A stretch of DNA of 64,000 nt from NCBI GenBank assembly GCA_041695225.1, contig JBGFRI010000030.1:1-64000 (forward strand), given 5' to 3'. The position numbers and the translations under genes are program-made. A model generated the notes under the pieces. It did no database searches. It was not told the DNA's origin and saw only the letters and a program-made list of their open reading frames with translations. This DNA is from Deinococcota bacterium. Lineage in GTDB: Bacteria; Deinococcota; Deinococci; Deinococcales; Thermaceae. Positions 48,125-58,140 of this stretch are shown piece after piece (the first letter of the stretch is position 1; each line of letters starts with the position of its first letter).

Positions 48125-48723
48125 TAAAGTCTACTCCAGGCCTGGCGCTGGCTAGGGTTCAGGGGGCTCGCCTGGTCACCGTCTCGTCCCTGCCGGCCCT
48201 GCCTCTCTTCCAGGTAGGTGGCGACCATAGATTAGGCGATGGACTGGTCGGAATCCATACCCAGACCCGCACGCCGAAGCGCTGGAGGGTCTGGAGGCGG
48301 CCTTGATGCCTCGCCTATCGGCCACCGGCAGGACGGGGGCCGAGTCAATGATGATGGCGTCATTCATAGCGCTGGCGCCAGGCGGCTAAGCGCTCGCGCA
48401 AGGCCTGGCCCAGGTGTTCGGTGGGGTTGGGCGCCTTCGAAGCTGGGGACGACCTCGAGGCCATGGCAACGGGGCTGCCGGTGGTCACCACCAGCTACGG
48501 TCTTGGATCCATCCAGGCCAGGGGGGGTGTGGAGCTCGAGGTGGCCGATGACCCCGGCGCATTTGTGGACAAGGTGGCGGGGCTTTTACGTGATGAGGAA
48601 AGACGTAGGAAAATGGGCGCTGCTGCACGACAGTTTGTGATGGACAGGCATAGCTGGGAGGCGGCCGCCAGAAAAATAGAGCTGGTCTATGCCAGCCTGG
48701 TCAAGCAATGGGGGGTGTCTTGA
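48125..48723. pseudogene. wzc 3' stub (-) fused at CTCGAG to a GT4 C-terminal stub (+)
   Basis: IIIDSAPVLPVAD on minus; LEAMATGLPVV...HSWEAAARKIELVY on plus. Confidence 0.75.
48229..48256 (+). mobile_element. Internally deleted (28-bp) copy of the 42-bp element
   Basis: AT[AGATTAGGCGATGGACTGGTCGGAATCC]AT at the same wzc site. Confidence 0.75.
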
Positions 48724-49172
48724 CCTGCGCCAGGATCTTCCACAAGAGCACTGTGGCAGGCAACGCCGGCAAAACCTCCAGCCGGCAAGGCTTGGCCCGA
48801 GATAGGATGGGATGTTCGGCCCTTACAACGTAATCTCTGCATGAGAGGCAAATTTTACTTTAGTTGTAGGGCTTTCCTCAACAACCTCCAACCAGGGTAG
48901 CTTCCGGCTTATCAAGTTGGCTGGGCCACAGGGGGCGATCGCTCGGAGCGCCGTAGCAGTACCCGTACCCCCTACCGCTGCTGCCTGTCCTCGAGGCTGG
49001 CCACGGGGCCACACACGCACACCGTGGTGCGCTGGAGGGTCTTTAGGATCGCCTTTTGGCAGGGGGATGGAAGGGGCCGCAGCCTCGAGAGGCAGTTTAG
49101 CCGACTCGTGACGCAAGAGGAAAGGAGAGGCGGAGGTGGTGTGGTTATGCGCCTACGGATCGAGATAAACGC

Positions 49173-49655
49173 TCAATCTGCTTCAGACTCGTTTTCCACA
49201 AGCCCTGGTAGATGATCTGTAAGCGGGTGATAAACCCGATGGTTTTCCTGTCTGACAACGTGGCATAGGGTGTTGTCCGCTGCAACGAAAAGCCAATCTT
49301 GCTCCGCGATCAGGGTAAACGCGGCCAGATGCAGGGCATCAAGGGTGCGCAGGCCCTCGGTCTGGCCGTACTTCCTGATGAGCCGCTCAGCTTCGCTGGC
49401 AAGGACTCTCCCTAGAGGTTCAACTTGAAACCTGGGGTACTCCTGGTCAAAGCCCCCGAGGGCGCTCTCGAGCTGGGCCTTGCTCAAACCGCCAGTTCGG
49501 TAATGCCGGAAGAGGGCGCTAATGAATTCGATACGGGCAAGTTCCATGATCCAGAGGGTGTTCTGCGGATTCTGGATCAGGGCCGTGACCTGCCTGGTAC
49601 CTTCTTCTTCGCGAAAGTACTTGACGAGTGCCGAGGTGTCAAAAAACACGTTCAT
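49173..49655 (-). CDS. vapC: VapC PIN toxin
   Basis: FFDTSALVKY, RIEF, LRTLDALHLA, FVAAD. Confidence 0.9.
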   Translation of the reverse strand: MNVFFDTSALVKYFREEEGTRQVTALIQNPQNTLWIMELARIEFISALFRHYRTGGLSKAQLESALGGFDQEYPRFQVEPLGRVLASEAERLIRKYGQTEGLRTLDALHLAAFTLIAEQDWLFVAADNTLCHVVRQENHRVYHPLTDHLPGLVENESEAD

Positions 49656-49864
49656 AGGCGCTCTTCACGAGCCATTAACACATCCTCGGAAAGGTCGGTG
49701 TGCAAGCCGGCAAGCGCTTTTCTGGTTTTTTCGTAACCTTTGCTTGCTGCTGGGCGAGCTGCTGGAGGCGTCCTCTTGAGCGCGTCGACGACTTGGGTGA
49801 CGGCGATGAGTTCGGCGGGAGACAGCTGTGCGATCTCTTCGATAAGCCTTTCTTTCAGCGTCAT
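49652..49864 (-). CDS. Probable antitoxin
   Basis: 70 aa, 4-bp overlap with vapC, ends LSEDVLMAREER. Confidence 0.75.
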   Translation of the reverse strand: MTLKERLIEEIAQLSPAELIAVTQVVDALKRTPPAARPAASKGYEKTRKALAGLHTDLSEDVLMAREERL

Positions 49865-49964
49865 GTGTAACCTCGTTTCACGCCTTCATACGGCAGCGGC
49901 GCCGCTCCGGCGTCACGCCGCACGTCGGGTGTACTGGGCGCAGGAGGCCGCCTGGGCGACGGAT

Positions 49965-50764
49965 CTGGCTCGTAGGCCTCGAACGCCGAGACGATGCGGG
50001 CATAGGGGGCTGCCATGCCACCAGTCTACAGCAGGCCTGGCGCTGGCTAGGATGCAGGGGGGGGTTGCCTGGTCGCTGTTTCCTCCCTGCCCGGCCCCTA
50101 GCTTCTTGATCGCTCGGCCCTGGCCGCCTTCCTGCTCGGCGCACCGTAGCCGTACCCGCTGCCGCCGCTACCTCCCTTCTAGGTTGGTGGCGACAATAGA
50201 TTAGTCTACGAACTGGTCGGAGACGAGGGGGATTAGTCCATACCCAGCACCCGCACGCCGATGCGCTGGAGGGCCTCGAGGGTGGCTTTCACGCTGCGCC
50301 GGTCGGCCTTGTCCAGGCTTACCACCACGCCGGCACAGGAGGGGCGATGGTCAGCGTATCGGCCACCGGCAACACGGGGGCCGAGTCAATGATAATGACC
50401 TGGTAGCGCTGGCGCCTGACATCTAAGCGCTCGCGGAAGGCCTGGCCCAAGAGGTCGGTGGCGTTGGGGGCGGCCTCGAAGCTGGGGACGACCTCGAGGC
50501 CATGACAGCGGGGCTGCCGGTGGTCACCTCCTACGTTGGCCTAGGGGTCCATCCGGGCCAGGGGATGTGGGGCTCGAGGTGGCCGATGACCCCGGCGCAT
50601 TTGTGGACAAGGTGGCGGGGCTTCTTCGCGATGAAGAAAAGCGTAGGAAAATGGGTGCTGCTGCGCGGCAGTTTGTGATGGAGAGGCATAGCTGGGAGCA
50701 GGCCGCCAGAAAAATAGAACTGATGTACGCCAGCCGGGTCAAGCAGTGGAGTGTCGGAAAATAA
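49965..50764. pseudogene. Second MNT-start / wzc stub / GT4 stub composite
   Basis: Parallels 48125-48723 and 55950-56490. Confidence 0.75.
50198..50239 (+). mobile_element. 42-bp insertion element in wzc stub
   Basis: AT[AGATTAGTC...GATTAGTCC]AT. Confidence 0.85.
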
Positions 50765-50922
50765 CCCGATAGCTTAAATGCATAGGTCAGGGGTGAAGAT
50801 CGCAAGCCAAATGCCCGAATTCTTCGCTGGTGTACTTTCCATGTCGCCCTAGTCCAACCCGAGACCTGTGACCTGGGACTTGAGACCTGAGACATTTTCG
50901 AAGAGCGCGTATCGGACAGAAA

Positions 50923-51360
50923 TTACGTCAGTGAACCACTTGACAGGTAATCTTCTATCTCTCTCACATACTGGGGATATAGATTTCCAGCCGTTTTGAC
51001 CGCCTCGAGCACCAGCACGTGATCCAGCAGGTCATACTCATGCACCAGCCTGTTCCTGAGCCCTGCCGATGGCGCCAGTTTTTCGGCCAGATCGAACGCG
51101 AGGATCTTAAGTTCGCCGACTTTTATAAAACTTTCGTAATAGCTATCAGGAGGGGGACTACCGGTCTGGACGATTAAATGAGTGTTTATATCGATAGCCG
51201 CCTCGATCAGCTCCTGCAAGAGCCTTTCGGTGGCCTTCCTTTTGTATACGTCCTGGATGTAATCGGCCCTGGACATCCCTTCTATGGGCTTTAGAGCTTT
51301 CAGATTCTCGATTATGACGCCCAGTTTCCTCCTGACAATGGCTATTTCCACGGAGTTCAT
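50923..51360 (-). CDS. hepT: HepT/DUF86 HEPN RNase toxin
   Basis: Intact GLRNRLVHEY (R-x4-H-x-Y). Confidence 0.9.
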   Translation of the reverse strand: MNSVEIAIVRRKLGVIIENLKALKPIEGMSRADYIQDVYKRKATERLLQELIEAAIDINTHLIVQTGSPPPDSYYESFIKVGELKILAFDLAEKLAPSAGLRNRLVHEYDLLDHVLVLEAVKTAGNLYPQYVREIEDYLSSGSLT

Positions 51361-51782
51361 TGAAGTCCTCTCGAGCCCAAGTACCGGGCTATATAGGCTT
51401 GCTGGGCATCCCGCAGCTTTTTGGTGTCAAGGTAGCTCCTGACTGCCAGCGAGTAGAAGCTGTTAAAAAGACCCTCTCTCCTTTCGTAGAGCAGCCGCCC
51501 GTTGTTCACCGCCGAGTATCTTAGCAGTGGAGAGGCCCGCCTCAGGTCCACCACGTCTACACTGTCGGTCTGCAACAGCTTTGTGACCTGGTTGGTGAGG
51601 GAGAGAATATCCACCGGCCCTTCAAAAAGAAAAGCCAGGTCTATATCGCTCCTCTGGTGGGTTCGGCCCGTGGCGGCGGAGCCGAACAGAATGACCAGCT
51701 CCAAACCTTCTTCCTGAAACAAAGGGGCCAGCTTATCCTTTATCTCCTCAAAGGACAAAGGGGACGGACTGCTTTTTCTCAT
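51357..51782 (-). CDS. mntA: MntA adenylyltransferase antitoxin
   Basis: LFGSAATGRTHQRSDIDLA, VDVVDL..ASPLL. Confidence 0.9.
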   Translation of the reverse strand: MRKSSPSPLSFEEIKDKLAPLFQEEGLELVILFGSAATGRTHQRSDIDLAFLFEGPVDILSLTNQVTKLLQTDSVDVVDLRRASPLLRYSAVNNGRLLYERREGLFNSFYSLAVRSYLDTKKLRDAQQAYIARYLGSRGLQ

Positions 51783-51939
51783 ACCGGTTCCTCTTTTTAG
51801 TCTCACTCTCGGCCTTAGGGTAGATCTAAATCCACATCCCTGATTACCAGCAGGGGGCTATACATAAGCCTAGGATACCCCTTCTGTTATGAGCCAGCGC
51901 TCGAGGGCGGAGCCTTGACTGAAGGAGTGACCTGCGCCC

Positions 51940-52090
51940 CAGGAACTTGAGTTAGACTAAGCCGGGTATGAACGCGTCTACCCTGGTTGTGACCATCAAC
52001 CCCGCCATTGTGAGGGCTAAAGGCCGCCTCCGGTGGGTGGTTTTCTGTGCCTGGCATGGGCTGGCATGCTGCTGGTGGCGGTGCTTGCTG
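51940..52090 (+). pseudogene. 5' stub of the priming sugar transferase with its upstream region
   Basis: Duplicate of ~58581-58730 (CAGGAACTTG.GTTAGACTA...GAGGGCTAAAGGCCGCCTCCGGTGGGTG). Confidence 0.75.
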
Positions 52091-52182
52091 CCACGAGCCC
52101 GGCCAGATACAAGCCGCAGGCGAAACGGGCTGGGTTATGGAAGAATACTGGCAAGCCCAGGGGCAGGCTTGAGGTGGTGACG

Positions 52183-52524
52183 GTGAGTGAAATCACAAAG
52201 CACGCAGTTGACAGGGAAGATAGGGTCTTGGCGGAACTAAAAGCTGCTCTGCAGGGGTTTTTAGGTGAGCGGGTAAGGTTAATTCTCTACGGGTCAAAGG
52301 CAAGGGGAGATTATACCATTGAATCCGACACTGACGTCGCGATCATTGTCCAGGGTCTGACCAGGGAACTGAAGAATCAGATTCTAACGATGATTGGCGA
52401 AATAGAGATCGCCCATGATACACCCCTTTCTACCCTGGTGCTCTCAAAGAAAGACTTCGAACTCCTCAAAAAACGGGAGAGACGAATAGCCCTGGATATT
52501 GAGAGAGAAGGCATACCGCTATGA
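52183..52524 (+). CDS. MNT (partner lost)
   Basis: ILYGSKARGDYTIESDTDVA; IEREGIPL. Confidence 0.85.
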   Translation: MSEITKHAVDREDRVLAELKAALQGFLGERVRLILYGSKARGDYTIESDTDVAIIVQGLTRELKNQILTMIGEIEIAHDTPLSTLVLSKKDFELLKKRERRIALDIEREGIPL

Positions 52525-52539
52525 TAACGGAGGCGCTAC

Positions 52540-52911
52540 GTGTCTATCTTCGAGGGACATAGTCAAAGTATGCTTCGGAAGCGAGCAGCCTATGTAGACC
52601 TGCTGGAGCAAGCGCTCCCGCAGATTGTGGAGAGACTCTCAGGACTAGAAGGGGTGGAACGGGTAAGCCTATTCGGCTCCCATGCGCAAGGAAAAAGAGA
52701 TCTCTTCACCGACCTGGACATCCTGGTCATCATGGAGACGGAGCTGGGCTTTATCGAGCGACTAAGGATGCTCTATGGGGTTGTGGCGAGTCCGGTGGAC
52801 TTGGACCTTCTTTGCTATACCCCGCGGGAATTCCAGGACCTCAAGGGGCAACCATTTTTTCGTCGGATCGCGCAAGAGGAGGTCGTGTTGTATGAGAAGA
52901 ACCGCCCTTGA
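52540..52911 (+). CDS. MNT antitoxin
   Basis: [26 protein letters not shown]. Confidence 0.88.
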   Translation: MSIFEGHSQSMLRKRAAYVDLLEQALPQIVERLSGLEGVERVSLFGSHAQGKRDLFTDLDILVIMETELGFIERLRMLYGVVASPVDLDLLCYTPREFQDLKGQPFFRRIAQEEVVLYEKNRP

Positions 52912-53329
52912 GGAGGGGATGCGGTGGCTGGAGCAAGCGGAGGAGGACCAGCGCTGGGCCAAAGACCTGGCAGAACGGGGTGGGTATCATCTGGCTTGTT
53001 TCCTGGCCCAGCAGGTGGGAGAGAAGGCGTTGAAGGCGTTCCTCTATGCGCAGGGTGAAGAGATTGTCCTGGGTCACTCCATCGCCCGTCTCGGTCAAAG
53101 CGCCTCTCAGTGGGATAGCGAATTTGGCGAGCAGGTGAGGAGGTGGTCTATCCTGGATGGCTTTTATGTGCCAACCCGTTACCCGAACAGCCTGCCCGAT
53201 AGCATCCCGGCGCGGGTGTACACTCAAGAGGCAGCAGCAGAAGCTGTGCGGCTCTCAGAGGAGATGGTCGACTTCGTTCGCCAATGGTTTTCGCAGAGAG
53301 TCCGTCCGGGGGCGAACGGCAAGGGCTGA
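52892..53329 (+). CDS. HEPN domain protein
   Basis: [33 protein letters not shown]. Confidence 0.9.
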   Translation: MRRTALEEGMRWLEQAEEDQRWAKDLAERGGYHLACFLAQQVGEKALKAFLYAQGEEIVLGHSIARLGQSASQWDSEFGEQVRRWSILDGFYVPTRYPNSLPDSIPARVYTQEAAAEAVRLSEEMVDFVRQWFSQRVRPGANGKG

Positions 53330-53507
53330 AAGGATAAGCCACCTGGGTTTGAGATTGGGCCGAAGGAGATAGGGTTATCGAGATACAGGCCGAAGGCGAA
53401 GCTGGGCAGGTGGTGGAGGAATACCTAAAAGCCCAAGGGCAGACTAGAGGGAGCGACGATGCCGGAGCCGCCGGGTGCGTGTCTTCTAGAGCAGGAGAGA
53501 CATCTCG

Positions 53508-53893
53508 ATGACTGAGCTAACCCAGATCAAAACCGTAGACCGCGCGGTGATAGACGAGGTGGTCAGGCGGATTGTGGAGCGTGTTCGGCCCCAGAAGATC
53601 ATACTTTTTGGGTCGTACGCTTATGGGCGCCCCCATGCCGACAGCGATCTGGATATCCTGGTGGTGATGGAGTCAGAGCTACCACGCTACAAGCGCGCTG
53701 TGCCGATATACCGGGCCTTAGCCGGGCTGCTCATCCCCAAAGATGTGCTGGTCTATAGACTGGGTGACGGAGTGGCCGAGGACGGGGGTGATTAATCTAT
53801 ACCCCGCAAGAGATCGAGTCGTGGAGTGAGGTGCCACAGGCCTTTATCACCACCATCCTGCACAGAGGACAGGTGGTGTATGAGAAGAACTAA
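53508..53893 (+). pseudogene. MNT disrupted by the 42-bp element
   Basis: LFGSYAYG..DSDLD...DVLVY|TPQEIESW...GQVVYEKN* restored on removing 53757-53800. Confidence 0.88.
53757..53798 (+). mobile_element. 42-bp insertion element, AT target duplication
   Basis: GTCT AT[AGACTGGG...GATTAATCT]AT ACCCCG. Confidence 0.9.
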
Positions 53894-54314
53894 GGCCGAC
53901 CTGGTTCGGGGATGGCTGGAAAAAGCCCGAAGAGACCTGCATACCGCAGCAAATCAACTGAATACAGCAGAGCCCTTTGCGGATATTGTTTGCTTCTGAG
54001 CCCAACAGGCGGCAGAAAAATACTTAAAGGCCTATTTAGTCTGGCAAGAGATTGAGTTTCCCCGTACCCACGCACTTGAGGATCTGGTGTTACTGGCCTC
54101 ACAAAAAGAGCCAGATTTTCTGGGCCTCGAGGAGGAGGCGGCTTCGCTTACCCCTTATGCTGTGGAAACTCGTTACCCGGAGTTTGAGGAGCCCTTAGTT
54201 GAAGATGCCAGGGAGTCCATCGAGATCGCCAGGAAAGTGGCACACTTTGTCCTGCAAAGATTACCCCAAGAGGCCAGAGGGGGATCAGATGCGGGTTCGA
54301 TAATGGGTTTTTGA
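53880..54314 (+). pseudogene. HEPN with in-frame TGA at 53997-53999
   Basis: WLEKARRDL...VCF*AQQAAEKYLKA..RTH..YAVETRYP. Confidence 0.85.
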
Positions 54315-54336
54315 ACAACTCCATTTCAAGGCTATA

Positions 54337-55602
54337 TTACTTACTTACCCTGGCTAACGCCCAGACGTTCACCGCAGTGCTAGCAATTAGCTGAACACTC
54401 GCCCCGATCATCAGCGCCCATGCGCCGCCTAGAAGGCCATAAGCAGGCACTAGAAAGAGGCACCAGATCAGTGTGCTTAGACTCACCAGGACGAATACGG
54501 GTACCTGAATGTGGAACAGCCTTGCAGCCGTCATGCCATAGCCCATGAAGGAAGCCACGTAGGCAAGAGCGGCAGCAATCATGAGCCACACCAGGAGTGT
54601 GCTGAAAGCGGCGAATTCAACCCCGTACAGTAGCCTCAGCAAGGGCTCGCCCAGGAGCGCCGCGACGAGCACGCCACCGCCCCCGAGCCCCACGCCTATC
54701 GCCACCAGTTTTCCGAGCAGGTTGCGAAATGCGGTAGTGTTACCCGCTGCGTAGAGCTGGGCCAGGCGTGGGCTGGCCGACTGCCCCAGCGCACCGACAA
54801 CGGTGTTGCCGGCGACCATGAGATAGGCCAGGGCCGCGAAGATACCCAGTTCCCAGGTTCCCAGGTGGCCCTGGATAAAGTAGCTGGGGATATTGGTGCT
54901 GAGCGAGATGAGCAGGACAACAAAACCGAGCGGCAGTGCGGTCAAGGCGAGCTTGGCGATCTGTTTGGTCAGCGGGGCATAGGGAAAAGCCTTCTCTGTC
55001 GCTCCAAATTCGGTGTGTTGCTTGAGCAGCCGTAAACCACTGGGCGCATCGAACAGCGCCAGAACGGCAGCCCAGACAGCTGCCATGCCTAGTACCGCAG
55101 CAGCCAGGCTGCCGGTCGCATAGAGCACCGCGACCACGGCCACCAGCGACAATAACCCGCGTAATATGAGTGACTGCGCGATGCGATCCATGCGCTCGTG
55201 CTGTTGCAAGAGACCATAGTAGACGTCACTCATGGATTCCAGCGCCTTGGCCAGACCGACCAGTACGATGACCAGTGCCGCGGTGCTTTGAAAGCCTCCT
55301 ATATAGACGACGCCTGCGATAACCAGGAGCGCCAGCCCAGTGGTGCTCGTGCGCAAGATCAGATAGTGGCTGAAGGGGTGGGTGCGCTTGGCGTCCGTGG
55401 CCAGCACGCTGCGCAATTGAAGGTTGCTGAACATGATGATGGGTGCGGTGATGGCCAGCCCTAGCGCGAACTGCCCGACGGTCTCGGGCGTCCCGAAGTG
55501 TGCCAGTGCGACTAGAATTCCCCCCTGCGTCGCGGCATAGATCACGTTGCCGACCAAACTCCATGAGAAGTTCTGCCTCAGGCTGAGGGGGGCAAAGCTC
55601 AT
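54337..55602 (-). CDS. wzx: Second oligosaccharide flippase (Wzx-like)
   Basis: SLRQNFSW..GNVIY, VGQFALGLAI, many TM segments. Confidence 0.85.
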   Translation of the reverse strand: MSFAPLSLRQNFSWSLVGNVIYAATQGGILVALAHFGTPETVGQFALGLAITAPIIMFSNLQLRSVLATDAKRTHPFSHYLILRTSTTGLALLVIAGVVYIGGFQSTAALVIVLVGLAKALESMSDVYYGLLQQHERMDRIAQSLILRGLLSLVAVVAVLYATGSLAAAVLGMAAVWAAVLALFDAPSGLRLLKQHTEFGATEKAFPYAPLTKQIAKLALTALPLGFVVLLISLSTNIPSYFIQGHLGTWELGIFAALAYLMVAGNTVVGALGQSASPRLAQLYAAGNTTAFRNLLGKLVAIGVGLGGGGVLVAALLGEPLLRLLYGVEFAAFSTLLVWLMIAAALAYVASFMGYGMTAARLFHIQVPVFVLVSLSTLIWCLFLVPAYGLLGGAWALMIGASVQLIASTAVNVWALARVSK

Positions 55603-55632
55603 AATGATTCGCGACTGAATAGTTGATGCCCG

Positions 55633-55995
55633 TTATGCGACGTAAAGCCTGCTCTCTTTCCCGTCATCCGCGTCAGTTCGCCTTTGCGTTTGCCTGCCAC
55701 AGATAAGCTGGGCCTCTGCCATGATAAGTTCGCTGAAGCCTTTGCCGCGCTGCTGCATCTTGGCCAGTTCGTCTGGCGTGTAAACCGGGAGGTCGAGGTG
55801 GCCGAGCCCTGCGGGGAGGAAGCGTCGGACCTCCTGCAGGCGCTCCAGCATGGGGAGCGTTGTCCGTTTGACCAATATGAGATTTATGTTGTTCAGACTG
55901 TCGGCCTCGCCCCTGGCCTGGGAGCCGAAGAGGTAGATGCGCTTGGGCTCGTAGGCGCTTAGCGCAGAGCCGATGCGGGCATAGCGGGCTGCCAT
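55633..55995 (-). CDS. MNT, probably inactive
   Basis: YLFGSQARGEADSLNNINL: the DxD aspartates are replaced by Asn. Confidence 0.7.
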   Translation of the reverse strand: MAARYARIGSALSAYEPKRIYLFGSQARGEADSLNNINLILVKRTTLPMLERLQEVRRFLPAGLGHLDLPVYTPDELAKMQQRGKGFSELIMAEAQLICGRQTQRRTDADDGKESRLYVA

Positions 55996-56082
55996 GCCAT
56001 CCAGTCTACACCAACACCACGCGCCGCCCCGGCTAGGGTTCAGAGGGCTCGCCAGGTTGCGGTTTCCTCCCTGCCGGGTCCC

Positions 56083-57685
56083 TTAGGTTCTTGATCGCTT
56101 CGCCGTGGCTGGCTTGTCATTCGGCAGTTGCCGGCTGGGCGCGCCATAGCCATGCCCATAGCCGTAGCCGTACCCGTACCCCCCCTGGCGCCGCTGCCTC
56201 TCCTCGAGGTTGGTGGCCACCATACCCAGGACGCGCACGCCGATGCGCTGGAGGGTCTCGAGGGTGGCTTTCACACTGCGCCGGTCGGCCTTGTCCAGGC
56301 TTACCACCACCACCACGCCGGTGCAGTGGGGGGCGATGGTCAGCGTATCGGCCACCGGCAGCACGGGGGCCGAGTCAATGATGATGACCTCGTAGCGCTG
56401 GCGCCAGGCGTCTAGGCACTCGCGGAAGCCCTGGCCCAGGAGTTCGGTGGGGTTGGGGGGGGGCTTCGAAGCTGGGGATAACCTCGAGGTTTTGGCTGGG
56501 GCCTAAGGGGACAGCTACAGGAGCGTCCTCCTGGTAGAAGGTCTCGAGGTAGCTGATCAGAGGGGTGTCGGTCTGGGGGCTCAGGTTGTACTCCTTGCCG
56601 AGTACCGGCGCACGCAGGTCGGCGTCGACCAGCAGCGTCTTCTGGCCGTTGCGGGCGAAGCTCTCGGCGAGCGAGAGGGCCACGCTCGACTTACCTTCGG
56701 CGCTGGCGCTGCTGGTGACCAGGATGACCCTGGGGTGGGCGTCGGCGGTGGCGAAGAGGAGGTTGGTGCGCAGATAGTTGCTGGCTTCTAGCGGCAGTCG
56801 GCGGCCGGTGGACTGGCGGGCGAACTCGGCCAAAATGGGCTGGTTGCTGAGGCGGGCCAGGTCGTCGCTTCCCTTGATGCGGGCATCCAGGCTCTCGCGC
56901 AACAGCAGCAGCCCGTAGGTGACAAAAAGGGCCAGTACAAAGGCCAGCGCCGCGTTCAGGGCAGGCCTGGGCGCCACCGGGCGCAGCGGAGCAAGGGCGG
57001 GCTCCAAGACCTCCAGGTGGCCCACCGCGCCGTGCCGGAGCACTCTGGCGGTGTTCAGCTCGGCGAGCTGTTGAGCCCGGAGCTGCGTCAGGGAGTTGTA
57101 TTTGGCTTGTAGATCGCCTCTGAGCGGCGGGGCCCCGAGCATGCGTAGCTGCTGGTCGAGCGCCTGAATCTGGCTCTCGATACTGGCGATGATGGTAGCA
57201 AGGTTGCGACCCGCGCGGCCCTGGTCCCACTCCAGGGCGGCCTGGGCCAGGGCGTTGGCGAGGCTGGCGGCGCGCGCGGGGTCGTGGGCGCGCACGTAGA
57301 TGTGGATCAGGCTGCTGGCGCGGGCGGCTTCTGTGCGAACGGTAAGCTGGCGGCGTATGGCCTCTACCGCCTGGGGGGTGGCCGGCTCGCCGAGGCGGGC
57401 AAGGGCAGCCTGCAACAGGCTGGCGCTCAGAATAGCCGAGCGGTAGGCCGAGACGTCAATTGCCGGGGCAGTCACCAGGTTGCCCCCGAAGTTGCGCTCA
57501 CCCAGCAGGTCGGGCTGACTGACCAGCAAGGTCGCGCGGGCCTGGTAGGTTGGTGCTACGTTGCGGCTCCAGAAGAAACTTACCAGCCCAGCCAGCACAG
57601 CAACGGCTAGCGCAAAGGCCAGGCCACGGCGGATGAAGTTGAAAAGGTCTGTGAGCGAAACTTCACTGGTGTCCTGCTCTACCAT
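56083..57685 (-). pseudogene. wzc: Wzc-like polysaccharide co-polymerase / tyrosine kinase, frameshifted in a C9 tract
   Basis: Wzz-like N-terminus, Walker A SAEGKS, VDADLR; after the shift NPTELLG..IIIDSAP and Tyr cluster YGYGYGYGHGY. Confidence 0.88.
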
Positions 57686-57864
57686 GTGGTTCTCCCCGGG
57701 ACTGGTTGCGCGGGCGGGTGGGCGTTGCAACCCCCTGCGCTAACCAAATTCAACCTTGCAATACCGCCACCCCGGTAATTCGGAGCATTTGCGGGGGACA
57801 GCCAGGCATCCTGGCATTATACGTTATAATAAAGGTGACAGCTCAGCGCGGGCAATAGGAGACA

Positions 57865-58140
57865 CCCGACGCCGACGTCCTCCTTCTGCTCGCCGACTCG
57901 AGTGAGACGTTCCACCATCGCCTGGTCTCTTACAAACCCCTGAGCCTTGGGGTAAGCGTGGAGGTCTTTCCGTACACGGTAGCCGAGGCCCGCCAAGCCC
58001 TAATCGAGGGGTGGGGCGTGGTGGGTGTGGCCCTGCGGGAGGGGGTCCTGCTCTTTGTGCGGGACGGGTTTGAAGGCGTGCTCGCAGGGTGGAAGGAAGG
58101 GGATTTGATGGTCAGGCATAGGAGGTTGCCAGAAAAATAG
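57865..58140 (+). pseudogene. MNT C-terminal relic
   Basis: DADVLLLL...VEVFPYT..E...ALREGVLL. Confidence 0.5.

Noticed and set aside
57760..57775. ops/JUMPstart element upstream of wzc (GGCGGTAT on minus)
   Set aside because: Imperfect match to GGCGGTAG in GC-rich DNA, with no supporting context.
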